Notes under the pieces: model-generated | Told to the model about the DNA's origin: nothing | Seen by the model: only the letters and a program-made list of their open reading frames with translations | Databases searched by the model: none | In this document: positions 54,784 through 62,938 of the stretch, one piece after another | Layout of the letters: every line of letters starts with the position of its first letter | Numbering within the stretch: the first letter of the stretch is position 1 | Program-made: the position numbers and the translations under genes | NCBI GenBank assembly: GCA_902488525.1 | Contig: CABTWP010000001.1 | Span: 19,970 to 83,969, forward strand | Source: an uncultured Collinsella sp. | GTDB taxonomy: Bacteria > Actinomycetota > Coriobacteriia > Coriobacteriales > Coriobacteriaceae | DNA length: 64,000 bases | Reading direction: 5' to 3'

Positions 54784-57251
54784 GCGAACCCCCTTGCGGC
54801 GAGCGTGTGCCTGCCGCGCATCGCGATGGCGGAGGAGACGCGCTCCGAGTCGATGTACAGGTTTCCGTCCTTGTCCCGGATCTGCTCGAGGACGGACAGG
54901 ATGCCGGCGAGGGCGTCGTCGGAATCCTCCTCGGGACGCGCCGGAGTGTAGACAGCGGACGGCGCGACGGTCAGGCCCGTCGAGAGCATCCCCTGCGCGG
55001 TGTCCATGGCGCCGCTGATGGCGGAGACCACGGTGCCGGTGCCGGAGCCGATGCCCTGCGCCCAGCCCTGCATGAGGGCCTTGCCCGAGAAGGTCGTGTA
55101 GCCGTGCCCGGAGAAGGGGCCGACCTTTGCCGGCGAGAACGGGAAGAAGGAGCGGATTCTGGAGACTGCGCCGGAGACCGCCGAGGTCACCGAGCCGATA
55201 GCGGACATGATGCCGTCCTTCAGGCCGTTGAGTATCGACTTGCCGGAGTTGAAGAGCCAGTTTCTCGCACCCGAGAAGAACCCGGTGATCTTGCCCTTTA
55301 TGCTCGTGACGGTCCTGTAGACGGCGTTGATTCCGTTTGACGCTGCGCTCTTGATGCCCTCCCAGATGGACGAGCAGGCGCTCTTGATGCTCCCCCACAT
55401 GCTCGACCACGTGGAGCTGATGCTGTTGAGCACGGAGCTGATCACGCCGTTGACCTGATTTATCGCCGAGTTGACGGAGAACTTGATGCGTCCCCATACG
55501 ACCTCGGCGAAGTCGCGGACGGTGTCCCACACGCTCGACCAAACCGAGCTGATTCCGTTGAGCGCGGACGTTATCACGGACTCGACGACCCCGATGGCCG
55601 CCCGCACGGCGAACTCAATCTGAGACCAGACGAGCTCGGCTACCGACTTGATGGTGTTCCAGACCGTATCCCAGTCGCCGCTTATCGCGGCGGTGACCGT
55701 GGAGATGACTGTCTGCACCACGGCCATCGCGACCTGGACGGCAGTGGAGATTGCGCCCATCACGCCAGTCAGGACAGCGGAGATCGCGGGCCAGACCGCG
55801 TTCCAGACGGCGGAGATGATGCCCATCGCCACCTGAATCGCGCCCTGGATGAGCGGCATCGCCGCCAGCACGGCGGACAGCACGGACTGCACGGCGGGCA
55901 TGGCGATGGCGACGAGCTGCGAGACGGTCGTCATTACGTCCGCGATGACACCGATCAGGAAGCCGATGACCGGCGACAGCGCCTGCACGATGCCGAGCAC
56001 CACCTGTATGCCGGTGGAGAGCACCGGCAGCACGGCCTGCGCGATGTTGAGCAGCGCCGTGCCGATTGGCGCGATGAGCGGCGCGATGAACCCGATTGCC
56101 GCCTTGATGCCGTTACCGACGGACGTGGCCACGCCAAGGATGGCCTGAAGCGCCGAGCAGATCTGCGAGGAGTCCAGCTTCGGCAGCTTGATACCGATGC
56201 CGGCGAGCGCCCCGACGGCGATGTTCCACGCCGTGGCGAGCGCCTCGGACACGATGGGCGTGAGCACCGACGCGATGCCGGAGAACGCCGCGGGGAGCGC
56301 CTTGATGATGCCCTGCCCGATCTGCGCGACGCGCGGCGCTATGTTCTTGGCGACCGCGCCGACGGACGTGAGCAGCTGCTCGGTGAGCTGCGAGAAGTCC
56401 ACGTCGTCTCGGCCCAGACCGGTGAGGAAGTTCTCCCACGATGCCTTGGCCATGCCGATGGAGCCGGAGATGGTCGTCGCGGCCTCCTTGGAGGTCGTGC
56501 CGGTGATGCCCATCTCGGACTGCACGGTGTGGATCGCCTCGACCACGTCGGCGTAGCTGTCGATGGTGAGGTCGGCGGTCTTGCCCTGCGCCGCGCGCAG
56601 CTTGTTGGCGTCCGCGATGAGTCGCTCCATCTCGGACTTCGTGCCGCCGTAGCCCAGCTTCAGGTTGTCCAGCATCGTATAGTTTTGCTTGGCAAAGCCT
56701 TGGTAGGCGTTCTGGACGTCGGCCATGTCCGAGCCCATCTTGTTGACGTTGTCCGCCATGTCGCCCATCGCCGTGTTGGCGGACTCGGCGGCCTTCGCCA
56801 CGTCGCCGCCGCACGAGCTCACGAGCGATGCGGCGAAGCTGGTCGCCTGGGTCATGTATTGGTTGGCGCTCATGCCGCACGTCTTGTACGCTTCCGCGGC
56901 GTATCCCTGCAGTTTGCCGGACGCGGAGCCGAAGAGCGTGTCGACGCCGCCGACCAGCTGCTCGTAGTCGGCGTATGCGGATACCGCAGCGCCGCCGATT
57001 GCGGTCACCGCCGTGGTGAGCGCGCCCATGCCAGCCGCGGCGACGGTGCCCACGCCCCTGGCGACGGTGCCGAGCCCGCTCAGCAGCCCGCTGGAGCGCT
57101 TGACCCCGCCGTCCACGCCGGAGGTCATCGAGTCGCCGAATGACTTTCCGGCCTTGGAGCCCGTGTCGCCGAACTCCGAGCAGATGCTGCCGGCGAAGCC
57201 CTTCATGGACGGCATGAGCGTGATGCATGCCGAGCCTACGCTAGTCGCCAT
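54780..57251 (-). CDS. Tape measure protein
   Basis: 823 aa, Ala/Gly/Ser-rich, YEQLVGGVDTLF, NYTMLDNLKLGYGGT, 11-residue Trp periodicity. Confidence 0.95.
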   Translation of the reverse strand: MATSVGSACITLMPSMKGFAGSICSEFGDTGSKAGKSFGDSMTSGVDGGVKRSSGLLSGLGTVARGVGTVAAAGMGALTTAVTAIGGAAVSAYADYEQLVGGVDTLFGSASGKLQGYAAEAYKTCGMSANQYMTQATSFAASLVSSCGGDVAKAAESANTAMGDMADNVNKMGSDMADVQNAYQGFAKQNYTMLDNLKLGYGGTKSEMERLIADANKLRAAQGKTADLTIDSYADVVEAIHTVQSEMGITGTTSKEAATTISGSIGMAKASWENFLTGLGRDDVDFSQLTEQLLTSVGAVAKNIAPRVAQIGQGIIKALPAAFSGIASVLTPIVSEALATAWNIAVGALAGIGIKLPKLDSSQICSALQAILGVATSVGNGIKAAIGFIAPLIAPIGTALLNIAQAVLPVLSTGIQVVLGIVQALSPVIGFLIGVIADVMTTVSQLVAIAMPAVQSVLSAVLAAMPLIQGAIQVAMGIISAVWNAVWPAISAVLTGVMGAISTAVQVAMAVVQTVISTVTAAISGDWDTVWNTIKSVAELVWSQIEFAVRAAIGVVESVITSALNGISSVWSSVWDTVRDFAEVVWGRIKFSVNSAINQVNGVISSVLNSISSTWSSMWGSIKSACSSIWEGIKSAASNGINAVYRTVTSIKGKITGFFSGARNWLFNSGKSILNGLKDGIMSAIGSVTSAVSGAVSRIRSFFPFSPAKVGPFSGHGYTTFSGKALMQGWAQGIGSGTGTVVSAISGAMDTAQGMLSTGLTVAPSAVYTPARPEEDSDDALAGILSVLEQIRDKDGNLYIDSERVSSAIAMRGRHTLAARGFA

Positions 57252-57645
57252 CCCGTCCTCCTAATCCTAGAATCTCGTCGATTTCCGCCCTGTTCGCGAG
57301 GGCGTTGCGCTGGTGCCTCTTGAGCTCTGCGAGCTGCCCGGGCGTCTTGAGCGGCTGCGGCTCCTGCGGCGGCCGGTGCTTCTTGTCGCTCAGCCCCCAC
57401 GCGAGGCTCCTGAGCTGGTGCTCGATGCGCCAGAGCATGTACGTCTCCTCGCTCCACTTGAGCTCCGGGTACATGCGGCGCGCGCACCTCGACTCCTTCG
57501 GCAACTGCTCCCACAGGAGGGCGGCGCGCCGGAGGTCGTTCGGTCCGCCCTCGAGCGGGAGGTCGATGCCGTAGTACTGGCGGAAGTCCGCTACGACTTC
57601 TGAGCGGTGCCCTTCGAGCTCGAGGACGAATCCTGGGAGTTTTTT
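57241..57645 (-). CDS. Tail assembly chaperone, frameshift extension (gpT-like)
   Basis: Open frame ADFRQYYGIDL...LPKESR reached by a -1 shift at A AAA AAC. Confidence 0.8.
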   Translation of the reverse strand, partial: KKLPGFVLELEGHRSEVVADFRQYYGIDLPLEGGPNDLRRAALLWEQLPKESRCARRMYPELKWSEETYMLWRIEHQLRSLAWGLSDKKHRPPQEPQPLKTPGQLAELKRHQRNALANRAEIDEILGLGGRDGD

Positions 57646-57884
57646 GCCTTCGCCGCCTCGAATGCGGCCTGCATGAGCACGCCCGTGGACTCGACGGAGC
57701 CGCCGAGGCGCTCCATGTACTCCTCGTCGCGGCCCGCGAAGACGCGCTCGAAGGCCTCGAACATCCCGGCGGGCTCGGTCTCGCTCTTGGCGAACTGCTT
57801 GTTCGTCTTGTAGCTGAGCAGCTCGTCGAGGTCGGCGGTGAACTCGCCGTCGATGCCGGGGATGGTGAATGCGAGCTCGGTCAT
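57591..57884 (-). CDS. Tail assembly chaperone (gpG-like)
   Basis: Between the tail tube and tape measure genes; slippery AKN codons near the end. Confidence 0.82.
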   Translation of the reverse strand: MTELAFTIPGIDGEFTADLDELLSYKTNKQFAKSETEPAGMFEAFERVFAGRDEEYMERLGGSVESTGVLMQAAFEAAKAKNSQDSSSSSKGTAQKS

Positions 57885-58486
57885 TACTTGCCCTCCGCGG
57901 TCTCAGCGGCCTTGGCGGTCGCGGTCTCGGTGGACTGGATGTAGTCGTAGCAGGTGTTGCCGGCATCGTCGGTGAGGTACTTGACCGTGAGGGCGCGCGC
58001 GGCGAGCTCGCCCACGGCGATGGTGAGGTCGTCCAGCTCGGAGGACTGGGCGAGCGGCACGACCTTGCGCCAGCGGCGGCCGTCCTTGAGCACGAGCTCT
58101 AGCACGGCGGGCCACGTCTCGGTGGAGTCGCCGTTGTGCTTGACGGTGATCATGCCGGCCTCGTCCTTGACGTTGCCGGAGCCGTACATGACCTTGAGGG
58201 TCGCGGCCTTGATCTCGGCGAGCGTGAGCTGCGCGCTCTCGACGCGAGAGGTCTGCGGCGACGCCATGAGGTCGCCGTTCATGTCCTTGATGTCCTCGGA
58301 GTCGGTGTCGAGCGTCTCGACGTAGCCGTCCTCGCTGATGTAGCCGAGGCACTTCCACGCCTCGGGCAGCGCGGTCGTGTAGTCGGTCGGCAGCGCCGTT
58401 CCGACGGGAGCGGTGAAGATGTAGCCGCCCTTGACTCCCTTGGCGCTGGAGACGTTGGCGACGTTGTTTTTGTTGCTTTCTGCCAT
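57884..58486 (-). CDS. Major tail (tube) protein
   Basis: APVGTALPTD...LGYISEDG, characteristic of actinophage tail tubes. Confidence 0.88.
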   Translation of the reverse strand: MAESNKNNVANVSSAKGVKGGYIFTAPVGTALPTDYTTALPEAWKCLGYISEDGYVETLDTDSEDIKDMNGDLMASPQTSRVESAQLTLAEIKAATLKVMYGSGNVKDEAGMITVKHNGDSTETWPAVLELVLKDGRRWRKVVPLAQSSELDDLTIAVGELAARALTVKYLTDDAGNTCYDYIQSTETATAKAAETAEGK

Positions 58487-58495
58487 GATTGCTCC

Positions 58496-58837
58496 TTATT
58501 CGCAGATGGTCAGGTTGATGTTCGTCTGGTATCTGGGAGTTCCCGTGTCGGGGTCGTCCCATCGGTAGGTGCCGTCGGGCACGGCGGAGAACACGTTCGG
58601 CTCGTCCTCGATGGCGGAGCACGCCCGCTCGACGGCCTCGGCGATCTCGCGTGCGCGCCTGCGGGTCTTCGCCCACGACGTGGCGAGCACGCGCGGCGAC
58701 TGGATGAACCGCGTCGCGCTCGTGGCTGCGAGGGTGACCTGGACGAACTCATCGGGTCTCTCGCGCGGAACGTCCGGCACGCACTTGATGCCGGTCGCGT
58801 GCATAAGGCGCTGGGCCACTACCCTCTCGATGTCCAT
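58496..58837 (-). CDS. Tail terminator-like protein
   Basis: VPRERPDEFV...DPDTGTPRYQ; position before the tail tube gene. Confidence 0.7.
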   Translation of the reverse strand: MDIERVVAQRLMHATGIKCVPDVPRERPDEFVQVTLAATSATRFIQSPRVLATSWAKTRRRAREIAEAVERACSAIEDEPNVFSAVPDGTYRWDDPDTGTPRYQTNINLTICE

Positions 58838-59127
58838 CAGTCACCCCCGAAGACGGATTGCAGGCGGTTGTGCTTGCGCTCGCTCACGTTGGCGTGCTTG
58901 CTATCCGTGTAGACGACGCGGCCCCTCGCAAGCGAACCGCCTGCGACCGCGGTGCTGTAGCCGTTCTCGCCGTACTTCGGCGTGAACGTGGAGTTGCATG
59001 CGGCCGCGGCGGCGTTGGCCTTCTCGGTGAGCATGGCCTGCACGCCCCCGCCGTTCATGACCTCGGCGTATCCGCCGCGGTTCCAGCCCTTCCACTTGAT
59101 CTTGACCTCGCACTTCGCCTTAGCCAT
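58837..59127 (-). CDS. Neck / tail-completion protein
   Basis: 96 aa, position in the head-tail joining cluster. Confidence 0.6.
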   Translation of the reverse strand: MAKAKCEVKIKWKGWNRGGYAEVMNGGGVQAMLTEKANAAAAACNSTFTPKYGENGYSTAVAGGSLARGRVVYTDSKHANVSERKHNRLQSVFGGD

Positions 59128-59461
59128 CGGTTCGGGTCACCTCGCAGGTGAGGTCCCAGGGGCCGGGCGTGTTGGCCGCGGTGTATCGCTTGGGGTCGCC
59201 GACCACCTTGTAGTCGGTGCCGCGCACCGTGACCGTCGCGTCCTTGAGGTCAACGTCCGCGCCCTTCGGGAAGCAGAGCGTGTAGGCGACCGTCACGCCA
59301 TTGGGGCGCGTCGAGTCGAGGTCGGCGGTCGCGCCGGGGCAGACCACGACGTTTTCGACCGCCGTCTCGGTCACCGTCTCGCCGGTCGGCTCTCCCAGCT
59401 CGTCGAACGACTGGGCCGCACTGCGCACGGTCACGGTCTCGCCGGAGATGAGGCACGTCAT
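59120..59461 (-). CDS. Head-tail stopper/adaptor
   Basis: GETVTV...DELGEP...VRGTDYKVVGDP; start reassigned to 59461. Confidence 0.72.
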   Translation of the reverse strand: MTCLISGETVTVRSAAQSFDELGEPTGETVTETAVENVVVCPGATADLDSTRPNGVTVAYTLCFPKGADVDLKDATVTVRGTDYKVVGDPKRYTAANTPGPWDLTCEVTRTDG

Positions 59462-59853
59462 TCGGCCACCCCTCCCCTCTCCAGAGGCGTGAGCGCCCCG
59501 AGCGCCTGACCGGTGAGGCCGAGACGCCTGAGGTCGCTCTTCCCGAGGTACATCTCGCCGAGCGCCGAGCCGTAGGTCACCGATGCCGTGTATCCGCCCG
59601 CCCCCTGGCTGTACTGGGTGGCCCCTGCCATGGCGGCGGGGGCGGAGAGCACGCGGTTGACGAGCAGGCAGCACACGGCGGGCGCGGCGCGGTCGAACGC
59701 CGGGCACGCCCCCTCGGTGTACTCGCCGATTCGGTCCTCGAATGCCGCGAGCATCAGGTCCGATGCGTCCTGCAGCAGCACCCCGGTGCGGGCCTCGTCC
59801 GCGGGCTCGCCGTAGCGGGCCTTGTAGTCGTCCACGCTGGCGAGCGCGGCCAT
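59458..59853 (-). CDS. Head-tail connector (Gp19/Gp15/Gp42-like)
   Basis: ASVDDY...LLQDAS...SQGAGGYTASVTY...LRRLGL. Confidence 0.8.
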   Translation of the reverse strand: MAALASVDDYKARYGEPADEARTGVLLQDASDLMLAAFEDRIGEYTEGACPAFDRAAPAVCCLLVNRVLSAPAAMAGATQYSQGAGGYTASVTYGSALGEMYLGKSDLRRLGLTGQALGALTPLERGGVAE

Positions 59854-59855
59854 GG

Positions 59856-60053
59856 CTACTCGGCCTCCATGATCCCGGCGTCGACGAGGGCCTGAACGAC
59901 CTTCGCGACGGTCGGGCTGGCGCCGGGGTTGGCGACCTTCTTGGGCAGCGCGAGCGGCTTGCCGTCGGGCGAGACGAGCGCAACGTGCTGCGGGAGGATG
60001 CTGGACGCCTTGCCAACGTCCTCCACGATGAACTTCTGGACTAGATGAGCCAT
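59856..60053 (-). CDS. Small head-fibre/decoration-like protein (65 aa)
   Basis: Directly after the capsid gene; ends VVQALVDAGIM. Confidence 0.55.
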   Translation of the reverse strand: MAHLVQKFIVEDVGKASSILPQHVALVSPDGKPLALPKKVANPGASPTVAKVVQALVDAGIMEAE

Positions 60054-60064
60054 CTCGGTACCCC

Positions 60065-60952
60065 CTAGGCGCTCTTGAGGACGGCGAAGGCCTTCGGGTC
60101 GAGTACCGCGTATGCGAGGACGGCCTCGGTGCGGTAGGCGATCTGGTTGTAGCCCTTCAGGTCCTGACCGGTGTTGTCGGGGTCGCCGTACTCGATGACC
60201 TCGGCGGTGATGTCGCGGACCATGCCCCACTTGATGGCGGAGAAGTCGCCCATGATCGCGGAGACCTTGGTCGGGGTCTTGGCGAGACGGCCGTTCACGG
60301 TGCCGGACACGGAGGCGGGGATGCCGTCGAGGTTGCCCACGTTGAGGGACAGCGGCACCTCGGGGTACAGGCGCTGCCCGGTGGCGGGCACGCGCAGCTT
60401 ACGCAGCTCGGAGGCGAACTGGCGGCTCATGGCGATGCCGTTGATGCCGTAGTCGAGCAGGGCGTCGGAGAGGGAGTCAATGTCGTCGACCGGGGAGTCG
60501 GTCTTGGCGACGCTGTGGACGTCCTTGTCAGCGGTCAGGGCGGTGTAGTCCGTGAGGCCGAGGCCGGTCTTGGGGTTGATGGCGTGGTAGACGATGTAGT
60601 CGAGCGCGCGGCCCGCGGCGGCGGTCTGGTCGGCGATGATGTTGGAGATGATCTCCAGCTGGTTGTCCTCGTCGGCCCACTTCAGCTCGTCGGAGACGCG
60701 CGTGGTCGTGACGATCTTGGCGCGCTTTGCGACCACGGGGTCGGTGGAGATCTCGGAGCCGGACTTCTTGCTGCCCTCGGCGACGACCTCGGCCTCTGCG
60801 GTCGGGTTGAACACGAGATAGGTCGTGTCGGCGAACTTCTGCGGCGTGCTGGGGCTCAGCGTGGCGATGGTGGAGGTGTCCTTCACCTTGCCGATGATGG
60901 TGGAGACCACGCTGGACGGCAGCTTGATTTTCTGGGTGTCGTTTGCAACCAT
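60065..60952 (-). CDS. Major capsid protein (HK97 fold)
   Basis: AEVVAEG..K, RVSDEL, GDFS, NQIAYRTE...AFAVL. Confidence 0.92.
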   Translation of the reverse strand: MVANDTQKIKLPSSVVSTIIGKVKDTSTIATLSPSTPQKFADTTYLVFNPTAEAEVVAEGSKKSGSEISTDPVVAKRAKIVTTTRVSDELKWADEDNQLEIISNIIADQTAAAGRALDYIVYHAINPKTGLGLTDYTALTADKDVHSVAKTDSPVDDIDSLSDALLDYGINGIAMSRQFASELRKLRVPATGQRLYPEVPLSLNVGNLDGIPASVSGTVNGRLAKTPTKVSAIMGDFSAIKWGMVRDITAEVIEYGDPDNTGQDLKGYNQIAYRTEAVLAYAVLDPKAFAVLKSA

Positions 60953-60977
60953 TTCTGTGCCTTTCTTCGGGTTTGGC

Positions 60978-61436
60978 TTACTTCAGGAGGCGCTTGGCGA
61001 AGTCTCGCAGCGCCTCGTCCCCGCCCTTGCCGCCCTTGTCGAAGCTGCCGGGCTTCTCCACTCGCGGCGCGGGCTTTGTCTTGAATGCGGCGAGCATCTT
61101 GTCGCACCATGCGGCCATGCTCTCCTCGTCCTCGCCGACGATGAGCTCGGCGGGGACTCCCTTCTCCTGCGCGACCTTGGCGGCGGTCTTGGCTCGCGCC
61201 TCGGCCTTCTCCTTGGCGTCGAGTCGCTTCTCGAGCTCCGCGACCTTCTCGTCGGCGGTCTTCTTCGCCTGGTTGGCCTCGTCGAGTGCGCTTGCCGCGC
61301 TCTTGTTGGCCTTGGCCTGCTTCTCCCACTTGCGGGAATGCGCCTTCTCGGCCTCGTAGAGCGCCTTGTAGTCGGGCTCCTCGCCCCCGGTCGGCTCCGT
61401 ACCGCCCGTGGGCTCCGTGTTGGTCTCTGCTGCCAT
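60978..61436 (-). CDS. Capsid scaffolding protein
   Basis: SRKWEKQAKAN, charged coiled coil, GVPAELI; directly upstream of the capsid gene. Confidence 0.85.
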   Translation of the reverse strand: MAAETNTEPTGGTEPTGGEEPDYKALYEAEKAHSRKWEKQAKANKSAASALDEANQAKKTADEKVAELEKRLDAKEKAEARAKTAAKVAQEKGVPAELIVGEDEESMAAWCDKMLAAFKTKPAPRVEKPGSFDKGGKGGDEALRDFAKRLLK

Positions 61437-61454
61437 GTCGCGTCCTTTCCCGGA

Positions 61455-61520
61455 CCGTGCGGCCCGTCGGGCCAGCCGTGCGGCCGAGCCCCTTAGATGT
61501 GCGTTTCGGGCCGTGCGGCC
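61455..61520 (-). repeat. Three copies of GGCCGCACGG in the scaffold leader
   Basis: Plus-strand CCGTGCGGCC at 61455, 61476 and 61511. Confidence 0.85.
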
Positions 61521-61532
61521 CTGTCGCGCGGC

Positions 61533-61554
61533 AGTGTCCTACGGGCGTGAGATT
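61533..61554 (-). promoter_or_regulatory. Putative phage late promoter AATCTCACG-N7-GACACT
   Basis: Matches 46500-46521; lies between a terminator and the scaffold gene. Confidence 0.55.
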
Positions 61555-61580
61555 TGGCCTGTTTGGCGTTTTTCGGCATG

Positions 61581-61602
61581 AAAAAAGCCGCCCGTGGGCG
61601 GC
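61581..61602 (-). terminator. Intrinsic terminator after the head morphogenesis gene
   Basis: GCCGCCC-AC-GGGCGGC-T6. Confidence 0.75.
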
Positions 61603-61666
61603 CATGCGGTATGATGGGGTTAGGCGGAAGCTGTTTGACTCACCTATTGAGACATGCAGCTCCCGC

Positions 61667-62938
61667 CTATTTTTTTATCGTTTGGAGCGACCCGTCGTGC
61701 CCCAGCATCCGCACCTCAGAGATTCCGTACCTCTTCATGTACTTGCGTATCCACGCTTCGGCTTGGCTGTCGGTGACCGACTTGTTCTCGCTGACGTCGA
61801 AGACGGAGAACCGCACCCCGCTCTTGTTGGCCACGGACTTCATGTGCGACTTGAACGTGTTCTCCGATTTCGACGTGTACACGGTCTTGATTTCGATGCC
61901 CGTGGACAGGTCGGCGCGGCTTACGGTCGTTTTTCCCTGCGCGTTCTCGCTCTTCAGGTGCACCTCGTCTTCCCAGAACTCGGTCTTGTAGCCCAGTGCC
62001 GCCAGCTTCTCTGCGGTTCTCCTCTCTCCGGGGTCTACCCTCCACCTCTTTACCTTGTCGCGCCTCACCGCATCGTCCGTGAACGTTATGCCCTTATGCT
62101 CGCCGCCCGCGTACCAGGACGGGTCGCGTAGCTCTATCTCGGATGCGACGCGGTTGTTGAGGTAGGCGGTGTACGCCTTCCCCTCCTTGTTGCCGTGGCG
62201 CCTCACGAGCGCTTTGCGTTCGTCCTCCGGCATTGCGTACCAGTCGGAGGCGATGCCGTCGCGGCCTCCGAGCGCGGCCAGGCAGTCGTTATACCTCTCG
62301 TACATCCCGTCAGGGTCGTATCCCTTGACTGTGGTCACCCCGTCGAAGCCGGGAACGATTCGGCAGTCGCAGTGCGCGTGCGAGTGTTCGGCCGCCTCCT
62401 CGGTCTTGGCGTAGAAGCCGAACGACGCGAGCATGAGGCAGAACCCGCACGTCTCGCCACGGGGAACGCGGGCGTACCACGGCTTTGCCGGGTCTTTGCG
62501 CGCGTTGTGGGCGACGCACCTGTTGGCGGCGCGCCTGATCTCCTCGTCGACCCTCGTGACGCACCGCGAGACAAAGACCTCGGGGGCGCCCTCGACGACC
62601 TTGCCGATGAAATATCTAACCGCGCCGAGCGTGGCGTCCGGGTCTCGCATGGACTCGGCGACCGCCCGATACTTCCCAGAGAAGCCCTGCGACGCCCTGA
62701 CCGCGTCGTAGTATTCTGCGGCCCTCGCGGCGGCGCACGTGTCGGCGTAGTACCCGAGCACCGTCTCGATCGTCTCGTAGGCCCTCTCGCGGAGAGAGGC
62801 GACATCGCCGCCACCTCCGCGCTCCCAGCTCGACAGCAGGGACTCGAGCGCCGGCCTCACCTTCGCCTGGGCGTCTGCCGACAGCGCGTTCACCTCATCG
62901 GTCAGCTCGTCCAGCAGGCTAGTCGGCACCGCCGCCAT
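61667..62938 (-). CDS. Head morphogenesis / minor capsid (MuF-like) protein with a C-terminal PD-(D/E)xK-like domain
   Basis: ARVPRGETCGFCLMLAS and HAHCDCRIVP motifs; C-terminal ADL...IEIKT; start reassigned to ATG 62938. Confidence 0.78.
   Translation of the reverse strand: MAAVPTSLLDELTDEVNALSADAQAKVRPALESLLSSWERGGGGDVASLRERAYETIETVLGYYADTCAAARAAEYYDAVRASQGFSGKYRAVAESMRDPDATLGAVRYFIGKVVEGAPEVFVSRCVTRVDEEIRRAANRCVAHNARKDPAKPWYARVPRGETCGFCLMLASFGFYAKTEEAAEHSHAHCDCRIVPGFDGVTTVKGYDPDGMYERYNDCLAALGGRDGIASDWYAMPEDERKALVRRHGNKEGKAYTAYLNNRVASEIELRDPSWYAGGEHKGITFTDDAVRRDKVKRWRVDPGERRTAEKLAALGYKTEFWEDEVHLKSENAQGKTTVSRADLSTGIEIKTVYTSKSENTFKSHMKSVANKSGVRFSVFDVSENKSVTDSQAEAWIRKYMKRYGISEVRMLGHDGSLQTIKK

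Noticed and set aside
61455..61520. CRISPR-like array
   Set aside because: The repeats are only 10 nt with irregular 11- and 25-nt gaps, and there are no cas genes
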